In this document: piece by piece, positions 21,743 to 28,548 of the stretch
How positions within the stretch are numbered: the first letter of the stretch is position 1
How the letters are laid out: every line of letters starts with the position of its first letter
From: Gammaproteobacteria bacterium
GTDB taxonomy: Bacteria; Pseudomonadota; Gammaproteobacteria; UBA9214
Assembly: GCA_030599705.1 (NCBI GenBank)
Contig: JAUVNM010000001.1
Span: forward strand, 1-28,548
Length of the DNA: 28,548 nt
Direction: 5' to 3'
Notes under the pieces: model-generated
What the model saw: the letters and a program-made list of their open reading frames with translations, nothing else
The model's database searches: none
What the model was told of the DNA's origin: nothing
Made by a program: the position numbers and the translations under genes

Positions 21743-22495
21743 TTATTTCATAACGACTTCCTGCTCACCGCTGTCGGGCATGACGACTGTCAGGCCGAGG
21801 ATCTTCCACATCTGCATGCCGCCACGGTAATAGCTGATTCTGTCAGCCGGATAGCCATGGGCGAGCAATGCCTTGATTGCTCGCGGTGACTGGCCGCACC
21901 ATGGACCGTTACACCAGAACACCACCTCCCTGGCGTTGCTGAAGTCCCAGTCATCGGTCTTGCTGCCGGCCCCGAACAGGTCCAGCTTTGCCAAAACGGA
22001 TTCCGCACCGCGGGTAAACCCGCTGACACCCTCGCGCTGCACACCGCCAAGGTCCTCCAGCACCGTGACCAGATCCGGGTCACCGGCCGCTTTCTCGAAA
22101 ACCGTGAACGGGATATTCACAGAACCCGGGATGGTGCCTTTCTTGTGCCAGGAAGGTGTACGCGCATCGACCAGCAGGCCGTTGCCGGATTCCAGCTCCC
22201 GGTCCATAAACCGGAAGATCTCGGTCTCACCGATTGTCGCCACGCCCGGCGCAATGGTCATGGGCTGAATGCAGAATGGCGGGCACATGCGGGAGGTCTT
22301 GGCAAACCCGCCAGTCAGGACATTGTCCTGCTTCTGGATTCGCTGCACACGCACGATTTCATTGCCATGCTCAACCTCGACATAAGCCAGGTAATCGGTC
22401 ATGTTCACGTCAAGCGCCTGGACAGCAGTGGTAAAACCTGCCACGGCAGTCAGCAGCGCGGCGATCAATGTCTTTGGTGCAGTCGTCTCTTTCAT
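21743..22495 (-). CDS. Secreted (periplasmic) rhodanese-domain protein
   Basis: Sec signal ending AVQA, LLVDART, GTIPGSVNIP, active-site loop WCNGPWCGQS, YYRGGMQMW, extra CPPFC; GAGAGGGA SD. Confidence 0.85.
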   Translation of the reverse strand: MKETTAPKTLIAALLTAVAGFTTAVQALDVNMTDYLAYVEVEHGNEIVRVQRIQKQDNVLTGGFAKTSRMCPPFCIQPMTIAPGVATIGETEIFRFMDRELESGNGLLVDARTPSWHKKGTIPGSVNIPFTVFEKAAGDPDLVTVLEDLGGVQREGVSGFTRGAESVLAKLDLFGAGSKTDDWDFSNAREVVFWCNGPWCGQSPRAIKALLAHGYPADRISYYRGGMQMWKILGLTVVMPDSGEQEVVMK

Positions 22496-22534
22496 GGTTG
22501 TCCCTCTCAGGTGTGTTGATTGCAGATCCGCCGG

Positions 22535-22921
22535 CTAGCTGGATGACAGCAAACTGACGATATGTTCGCGTACCGCCCGGACCTCGTTATCGTCCAGGTA
22601 CGATTTCCAGGCTGCACGTTGCTGGTCCCTGCGCAGCTTCATGTACAACAGGTGTGTGCCGGAGTAGCTGTTGTGCAACTCGTTCTCGAAGTCTTCAAAA
22701 CCGAGATCCGGCGTTATGGTGGTGGCGATCCTGGCGGTCTTGCTCTTTACGGGTGCTGCAATAGTTGCCGTACTGGTCCGTTGCGTCTGCCTGCCGGTGT
22801 CTTCGGCCTCCGCCTCCAGCACACTGAGATAGTCGTCGACTGCATATACAACACCGGCCGGCACGAGCCATAGCAGGACCGCAAGCCCGCCGGCAACAAA
22901 CGGATGACTACCCGTGCTCAT
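22535..22921 (-). CDS. Secreted hypothetical protein
   Basis: Hydrophobic signal ending VYA, low-complexity Thr/Ala linker, helical-looking C-terminal domain; co-oriented 39 nt upstream of the rhodanese gene. Confidence 0.7.
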   Translation of the reverse strand: MSTGSHPFVAGGLAVLLWLVPAGVVYAVDDYLSVLEAEAEDTGRQTQRTSTATIAAPVKSKTARIATTITPDLGFEDFENELHNSYSGTHLLYMKLRRDQQRAAWKSYLDDNEVRAVREHIVSLLSSS

Positions 22922-23027
22922 GTGGTTTCCGTCGCGCCCTTCAAACAGGTCATACGATGTACCTGACTGTAAATACTGGGAATATTTGCATCATCGCTGA
23001 CGCCGTCGCTAATCTATCGGCCGGGCC

Positions 23028-23089
23028 GGCAAGCGGCTTTAGAGACTGCCGAAGCACACCGTGGACTGCAACACAGATAGCCGCTTGCC
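23028..23089. repeat. 11-bp perfect inverted repeat enclosing 40 nt
   Basis: GGCAAGCGGCT (23028-23038) and AGCCGCTTGCC (23079-23089). Confidence 0.6.
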
Positions 23090-23154
23090 CTTTATGACCG
23101 GCATGACCACTATTACAGCTGAACACCGCCACTACGACAGACAGACCAGGCACC

Positions 23155-23667
23155 ATGCTGATCCAGACCACACCTGAAGACCACCGTATCGCCTGGTTTG
23201 CCGCGCTTGCGATTACCATCCACATCATGGAAAGCGCACTGCCCAGTCCCCTGCCGGGGCTAAAACCGGGACTGGCCAATGTCATTACCATCGCCGTGCT
23301 GCTGCAATTCGGCTGGGGAGCCGCTGCCTGGGTCAGTCTGCTGCGCGTAGTATGCGGCAGCCTGCTGCTGGGCACGTTCCTGTCACCCACGTTCCTGCTC
23401 AGCCTGGCCGGCGCGGGATGCAGTATTGGCATACTCTGGCTTGCCGGCCGGATGCCCGGCAGGGGGTTTGGACCGGTTGGCTTCAGCATTCTTGCGGCAC
23501 TGGCCCACATGGCCGGCCAGTTTACCCTCGCCTGGCTGCTGTTCATCCCGCACCCGGCCCTGTGGCGGCTGTTCCCGCTACTGATGACCGCGGCACTGTT
23601 GTTCGGGATTATCAGCGGTATAATTGCCGGCGCCATGACCACGGAGCCCCGACCATGCAGGACCTGA
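23155..23667 (+). CDS. Gx transporter family / 'heptaprenyl diphosphate synthase component I'-type membrane protein
   Basis: ESALPSPLPGLKPGLANVIT, GTFLSPTFLLSLAG, SILAALAHMAGQ; multiple TM helices. Confidence 0.87.
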   Translation: MLIQTTPEDHRIAWFAALAITIHIMESALPSPLPGLKPGLANVITIAVLLQFGWGAAAWVSLLRVVCGSLLLGTFLSPTFLLSLAGAGCSIGILWLAGRMPGRGFGPVGFSILAALAHMAGQFTLAWLLFIPHPALWRLFPLLMTAALLFGIISGIIAGAMTTEPRPCRT

Positions 23668-24512
23668 CCACGCCGGATCTCGTAACCAGCCCGGTGACGT
23701 CAACCGACCGGTTCACCCTGACACTGTTTTTTGCGTTGGTCCTGCATGCCATGATCATCCTCGGCATCACCTTCGGAACACCGGATGCGGACCCGCCGGA
23801 TAATATTCTGCCCACGCTGGATATCACGATTGCCAACCGCAAGACACCGCCACCGGACGAGGCAGACTACCTGGCGCAGACCAGCCAGGATGGCGGTGGC
23901 AATGTCACTGAAAAGGTGCGCCCACGGCAAGCCATCCAGGAACAGGCGCCGGCCGTTGAGCAACAGCAGCCGGCACCCGCACCTACCCAGGTGGTGACGG
24001 CCGACAAGTCCGTCACGCAAATCCACCAGGAAGACACCGTTCAACCCGACGCGGAACGCAAGGATCCGACCGCCGCCAGTCTGATCCAGCGCATCATGGA
24101 TATGGTCAACCTGGGCGAGGAAATCAACCAGACCGAGCAGGTCTACACCAAGCAGCCGAAAGAGGTCTATGTCTCGGCGCGCACCCAGGAGTTCAAATAT
24201 GCCAACTACATGTCTGAATGGGTCAAGAAGGTAGAACGCGTGGGTAATCTGAATTACCCGGATACAGCCCGGCGTGAAGGCGTTTCCGGGAAACTGCTGC
24301 TCGACGTATCACTCAACCCGGACGGATCCGTGCGCAATATTACGGTCCTGAAAAGCTCCGGACACGCGATCATCGATGAGGCAGCCATCCGGATTGTCGA
24401 GCTGGCCGGACCGTTCCCGCCATTCTCGCCGGAAATCAGCAAGGAAGCCGATATACTGCATATTACCCGAACCTGGGATTTTTCCACCTCGCATCGCCTG
24501 AAAAGCCACTGA
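23655..24512 (+). CDS. tonB: Energy transducer TonB family protein (TonB3-like)
   Basis: ATG at 23655 with GGAG SD, TM helix with ALVLH, C-terminal NLNYPDTARREGVSGKLLLDVSLNPDG...SSGHAIIDEAA...ITRTW. The upstream extension in the track ORF overlaps the Gx gene. Confidence 0.87.
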   Translation: MQDLTTPDLVTSPVTSTDRFTLTLFFALVLHAMIILGITFGTPDADPPDNILPTLDITIANRKTPPPDEADYLAQTSQDGGGNVTEKVRPRQAIQEQAPAVEQQQPAPAPTQVVTADKSVTQIHQEDTVQPDAERKDPTAASLIQRIMDMVNLGEEINQTEQVYTKQPKEVYVSARTQEFKYANYMSEWVKKVERVGNLNYPDTARREGVSGKLLLDVSLNPDGSVRNITVLKSSGHAIIDEAAIRIVELAGPFPPFSPEISKEADILHITRTWDFSTSHRLKSH

Positions 24513-24520
24513 TTGCTGGA

Positions 24521-24577
24521 GGCCGAATAGATTCGGCCCTGCAAGGAACGGCGGCGCAGGGCGGAATTTATTCCGCC
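24521..24577. repeat. REP doublet, second copy (reverse orientation to 4538-4594)
   Basis: GGCCGAATAGATTCGGCCCTGCA-11 nt-CGCAGGGCGGAATTTATTCCGCC, 8 nt after the tonB stop. Confidence 0.85.
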
Positions 24578-24607
24578 AGATATTTACCGTTTCGGAACGC
24601 TTACCAC

Positions 24608-24637
24608 TTGATGGCAGCCACCACTCTGCCCGATACT
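24608..24637 (+). promoter_or_regulatory. Possible sigma70 promoter for yqgE and downstream genes
   Basis: TTGATG (24608-24613)-18 nt-GATACT (24632-24637). Confidence 0.35.
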
Positions 24638-24643
24638 ATGGGT

Positions 24644-25207
24644 ATGAGCACAGTGGAGTCCCTCAGCAACCACTTTCTGATCGCCATGCCGGCGTTGGCC
24701 GACCCCAATTTTCACCACACCGCCACCTTGATCTGCAAACACAATGATGGCGGGGCACTCGGCATCGTAATCAACCGGCCGACGGATTTACAACTCGGCG
24801 ACATCCTGGAACACATGGAAATCGAGGCCACCCGCAGTGACATTGCACGGCAGGCTGTCTACATGGGCGGCCCGGTACAAAATGACCGCGGCTTCGTATT
24901 GCACGAACCACTGGGGAACTGGGAAGCCACCCTGAAGGTAACTGATGATACCGGCATTACCTCGTCGCGGGACATCCTCGAGGCGATTGCGCTCGGCGCA
25001 GGCCCGGAAAAGGCATTCATAACACTCGGGTATGCCGGCTGGGGCGCGGGCCAGCTCGAACAGGAGCTCGCCGCGAATGCCTGGCTCAGTGGACCCTCCA
25101 GCACCCGGATTGTATTTGAAACCCCGTGCGAACAGCGCTGGGAAGCGGCGGCGGCGCTTATCGGGATTGATCTCAACCTGATATCCGGAGACGCGGGCCA
25201 TGCCTGA
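24644..25207 (+). CDS. yqgE: YqgE/AlgH family protein
   Basis: NHFLIAMP, GALGIVINRP, GGPV, LGYAGWGAGQLEQE, SGDAGHA. Start is uncertain (24611, 24638 or 24644). Confidence 0.93.
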   Translation: MSTVESLSNHFLIAMPALADPNFHHTATLICKHNDGGALGIVINRPTDLQLGDILEHMEIEATRSDIARQAVYMGGPVQNDRGFVLHEPLGNWEATLKVTDDTGITSSRDILEAIALGAGPEKAFITLGYAGWGAGQLEQELAANAWLSGPSSTRIVFETPCEQRWEAAAALIGIDLNLISGDAGHA

Positions 25208-25251
25208 CAACAGCACCCGGTATCGCCGCCATCCCGGACCGGCCAGACAAC

Positions 25252-25668
25252 TTGCAGACGCTGCTGGGATTTGACTTCGGACTGCGGCGTATCGGCGTTG
25301 CTGCAGGACAGGACATTACCGGGACGGCCACGGCACTCAGCACGGTCAAGGCCCGTGATGGCCAGCCGGACTGGACCATTATTTCCGGGTTATTGGAAAC
25401 CTGGCAGCCCGACGCCCTGGTCGTTGGCCTGCCGCGGCACGGCGATGGTACCGATGCGGACATTACGGATTCAGTCAGACGCTTTATCCGTCAACTGGAA
25501 GGGCGTTACCGGCTACCGGTATACACAATGGATGAAAGACTCAGCTCCCGGGCGGCACGTGAGCAACTGGATACCCATAATGATCCGGATGCAGCGCAGG
25601 GTATCGACGCCATTGCAGCCCGCATCATACTGCAGGACTGGCTGGAAACCGGCAACAGCAGCGAATGA
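25252..25668 (+). CDS. ruvX: YqgF/RuvX family nuclease (pre-16S rRNA maturation / resolvase-like)
   Basis: LLGFDFGLRRIGVA, LVVGLP, MDERLSS, IDAIAARIILQ. Start is uncertain (see findings). Confidence 0.93.
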   Translation: MQTLLGFDFGLRRIGVAAGQDITGTATALSTVKARDGQPDWTIISGLLETWQPDALVVGLPRHGDGTDADITDSVRRFIRQLEGRYRLPVYTMDERLSSRAAREQLDTHNDPDAAQGIDAIAARIILQDWLETGNSSE

Positions 25669-26171
25669 GTGACCTAAAGGACATAAGCAGCCTCATCTCC
25701 CGCATGGCCGACAGGCTCGACGCGCTCGGCCGGGAGGCGGGACGCGACAACCCGCTCCTGATCGGCATCCATACCGGCGGCGTCTGGGTGGCCGAGCAAC
25801 TGCACCGGCAACTGGGTATCGACGAGCCGCTCGCCAGTCTCGACATCTCCTTCTACCGGGACGACTTTACCCGTATCGGGATGAACCCGGTGGTGAAACC
25901 CTCGCAAATGCCTTTCAGCATCGATGACCGCCATATCATCCTGGTAGACGACGTACTGCACACCGGCCGCACCATTCGTGCCGCCATGAACGAACTGTTT
26001 GACTACGGCCGCCCTGCCTCCATCATGCTGGCGGTACTGGTGGAACGTGACGGCCGCGAACTACCGGTGGAAGCCAATGTCGTCGGCACCCATGTCAATC
26101 TGAAACCTGACGAGCAGATCAAGTTGTCCGGACCTGACCCGCTGCAACTGGAAATCAGGCAGATCACATGA
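25665..26171 (+). CDS. pyrR: Pyrimidine regulator / uracil phosphoribosyltransferase PyrR
   Basis: [39 protein letters not shown]; ATGA overlap with ruvX. Confidence 0.95.
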   Translation: MSDLKDISSLISRMADRLDALGREAGRDNPLLIGIHTGGVWVAEQLHRQLGIDEPLASLDISFYRDDFTRIGMNPVVKPSQMPFSIDDRHIILVDDVLHTGRTIRAAMNELFDYGRPASIMLAVLVERDGRELPVEANVVGTHVNLKPDEQIKLSGPDPLQLEIRQIT

Positions 26172-27142
26172 AAAACCTGAATCTGCAGATCGGGGAAGAC
26201 GGCGGGCTGCGCCACTTTCTCAGTATCAGTGGCCTGAATACCGCGTTGCTGATCCGCATTCTCGATACGGCCGAGTCATTTGCCGGGGTCACCGAGCAGA
26301 CCGTCAAGAAGGTCCCGCTGCTGCGCGGCAAGACCATTGTCAACCTGTTCTTCGAAGCCAGTACGCGCACCCGCACCACCTTCGAGCTTGCTGCCAAGCG
26401 CCTGTCGGCAGACGTACTCAATATCAACATAACCCAGTCGGCCGCGGTCAAGGGTGAAAGTCTGCTGGACACCCTGCGCAACCTCGAGGCGATGCATGTC
26501 GACATGTTCGTGGTCCGGCATGCCGACAGCGGTGCGGCACACTTTATCGCCAGCAACGTGGCCCCGCACACCAGCGTCATTAATGCCGGTGACGGCCGGC
26601 ATTCGCATCCGACGCAGGCGATGCTGGACATGTTCACCATCCGCCGCGTCAAGGGTCCCGATTTCGGGCGGCTGCGCGTTGCCATTGTCGGTGACATCAT
26701 GCACTCGCGGGTCGCGCGCTCGCAGATCCACGCACTGAACCTGCTGAATACCGGTGATGTCCGCATCGTCGCACCGAAAACACTGCTACCGGCGAACTGC
26801 GAGGTACTCGGCGCCCATGTCTTTCACGACCTGCGCGAGGGCATCCGGGATGCCGACGTTATCATCATGCTGCGGCTACAGCGCGAACGCATGCTGGGGG
26901 CGCTGTTGCCAAGTGAACATGAGTACTATGAACTGTTTGGCGTGACCGAGGAGAAACTCACCGTGGCAAAACCCGACGTCACCATCATGCACCCCGGCCC
27001 GATCAACCGCGGCGTGGAGATGGACTCGGAAGTGGCAGACGGCTCCCGCTCGGTGATCCTGGAGCAGGTCACCCACGGCATTGCCGTACGCATGGCGGTC
27101 ATGTCCATGGCCATGTACCACCGGGAAGAAGCACCGGAATAA
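26168..27142 (+). CDS. pyrB: Aspartate carbamoyltransferase catalytic subunit
   Basis: [57 protein letters not shown]. Confidence 0.97.
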   Translation: MKNLNLQIGEDGGLRHFLSISGLNTALLIRILDTAESFAGVTEQTVKKVPLLRGKTIVNLFFEASTRTRTTFELAAKRLSADVLNINITQSAAVKGESLLDTLRNLEAMHVDMFVVRHADSGAAHFIASNVAPHTSVINAGDGRHSHPTQAMLDMFTIRRVKGPDFGRLRVAIVGDIMHSRVARSQIHALNLLNTGDVRIVAPKTLLPANCEVLGAHVFHDLREGIRDADVIIMLRLQRERMLGALLPSEHEYYELFGVTEEKLTVAKPDVTIMHPGPINRGVEMDSEVADGSRSVILEQVTHGIAVRMAVMSMAMYHREEAPE

Positions 27143-27145
27143 ACC

Positions 27146-28447
27146 ATGCCGCCGACCGACACACCCTCAGCGGACAGGATCATCATCCATGGCGGACGCG
27201 TCATCGACCCGGCCAACCAGATCGATGACCGGCTGGATGTGTGTATTGCAGACGGCCGTATTATCGCCGTGGGCACGGTGCCCGACGGTTTCCGGCCCGT
27301 GAAAAAAATCGATGCAGCCGGCTGTATCGTCTGCCCGGGACTGGTCGACCTGTGCGCGCGGGTACGTGAACCCGGGCAGGAACACAAGGCGACCATCGCC
27401 TCGGAATCGATTGCCGCGGCAGCGGGTGGCATCACCACCCTGTGTTGTCCACCCGATACCGACCCGGTGATCGAGACCCCGGCCGATATCGAGCTGATCC
27501 GGCTGCGCGCAAAAGCATCCGGCAACACCCGTATCGTCACCCTCGGCGCCCTGACCCGTGGTCTCGGCGGCGCGCAACTGAGTGAAATGGCCGCGCTCAG
27601 GCAGGCCGGTTGTGTCGGTATCAGCAATGCCCTGCAGCCGCTTGCCAACACGCTGGTAGAGCGGCGCGCACTCGAATATGCCGCCACCTTTGACCTGACC
27701 GTGTTCCTGTACGCGAATGACCATGCCCTGTCCGCGGACGGTTGTGCCCACGAAGGCAAGGTTGCCACCCGCATGGGCCTGCCGGGTATTCCGGAAGCCG
27801 CGGAAACGGCCGCGGTTGCACGCGACCTGGCCCTGATTGAACAAACCGGCATCCGCGCGCATTTTTGCCGCCTGACCACCGGGCGCGCCGCCCACATGGT
27901 GGCCCGTGCACAGTTCGACGGCCTGCCAGTTACCGCGGATGTGGCGATTCCCTACCTGTATCTGACCGAGATCGACGTCACCGACTTCGACAGCAACTGC
28001 CATGTGATTCCACCACTGCGCACCACCGGGGACCGCCAGCAGCTGCGCGACGCCCTGCAACGCGGCACTTTCCAGGCCCTGTGTTCCGACCACCAGCCAC
28101 ACGAGCCGGATGCCAAGCTCGGGCCATTCCCGGCAACGGAACCCGGCATCTCGGGACTCGATTCACTGCTGCCGCTGGGTCTGCGCCTGGTCGATGAAAA
28201 CGCAATTCAGCTGGGTGCGCTGATCCAGCGCCTGACAGCGGGACCCGCTGCCATACTCGGACTGCCGGCTGGCACCCTGTCCATCGATGCCCCGGCCGAT
28301 GTCTGCATCTTCAACCCGGAGCTGATCTGGCAACTGGAGCCCGGCAGCATGAGAAGCAACGGACTCAACACACCGTTCATGGGCTGGGAACTGAAAGGAC
28401 GGGTTACCCATACCCTGCTTGCCGGTCACGTGGTACACAGCCTTTGA
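27146..28447 (+). CDS. pyrC': Dihydroorotase-like protein, probably the catalytically inactive PyrC' (ATCase accessory subunit)
   Basis: Amidohydrolase fold motifs (PGLVD..REPG, AAAGGIT, SDHQPH, NTPF.G), but HxH is replaced by C-A-R. Confidence 0.85.
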   Translation: MPPTDTPSADRIIIHGGRVIDPANQIDDRLDVCIADGRIIAVGTVPDGFRPVKKIDAAGCIVCPGLVDLCARVREPGQEHKATIASESIAAAAGGITTLCCPPDTDPVIETPADIELIRLRAKASGNTRIVTLGALTRGLGGAQLSEMAALRQAGCVGISNALQPLANTLVERRALEYAATFDLTVFLYANDHALSADGCAHEGKVATRMGLPGIPEAAETAAVARDLALIEQTGIRAHFCRLTTGRAAHMVARAQFDGLPVTADVAIPYLYLTEIDVTDFDSNCHVIPPLRTTGDRQQLRDALQRGTFQALCSDHQPHEPDAKLGPFPATEPGISGLDSLLPLGLRLVDENAIQLGALIQRLTAGPAAILGLPAGTLSIDAPADVCIFNPELIWQLEPGSMRSNGLNTPFMGWELKGRVTHTLLAGHVVHSL

Positions 28448-28462
28448 TTCCCGGCCTGGCCC

Positions 28463-28548
28463 ATGAACGAGCTGACGGAAAAACCGCATCGCAACACCCT
28501 GCATGTCGAGGACGCGCGGGTACTCGCCCACGACAGCTACCCGGGTGA
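28463..28548 (+). CDS. N-terminus of a probable dihydroorotate dehydrogenase electron-transfer subunit (PyrK-like), truncated by window edge
   Basis: MNELTEKPHRNTLHVEDARVLAHDSYPG..., open to the window end, 15 nt after pyrC'. The assignment rests on 28 aa of recalled similarity plus gene context. Confidence 0.45.
   Translation, partial: MNELTEKPHRNTLHVEDARVLAHDSYPG

Noticed and set aside
22950-23642. 230-aa minus-strand ORF
   Set aside because: Mostly antisense to the Gx gene, with no motifs.
23352-23654. N-terminal extension of tonB in the ORF track
   Set aside because: Out-of-frame overlap with the Gx gene; the SD and TM anchor support ATG 23655.

Overview
Chromosomal window (about 60% GC by eye) from a gammaproteobacterium, mostly core genes. 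From left to right: a tkt-gap-pgk operon (minus strand, pgk cut by the window edge); a CxxC redoxin; a metK-ahcY-metF-rsmE SAM-cycle operon; a convergent type IV pilus chemosensory cluster (pilG-pilH-pilI-pilJ-chpA-chpC, with no pilK or chpB); then the Pseudomonas-like run gshB...tonB-yqgE-ruvX-pyrR-pyrB-pyrC' and the start of a probable pyrK-like gene. The only accessory-looking block lies between gshB and tonB (about 20.2-23.7 kb). It holds apbE, a NusG-domain-II gene and a Gx-transporter gene (a flavinylation-associated trio), split by an opposite-strand pair encoding a secreted four-cysteine rhodanese and a secreted hypothetical protein. I found no CRISPR array, tRNA/rRNA, transposase or phage gene, and no large, clearly novel system. 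The best leads are a structured ~230-nt region upstream of tkt (promoter, ~115-nt RNA, intrinsic terminator), the split flavinylation/rhodanese block, a REP-doublet element with compensatory changes, and an out-of-frame ruvX start. A sulfur-oxidiser or autotroph lifestyle is only a weak inference. All calls come from reading motifs; no database searches were run.
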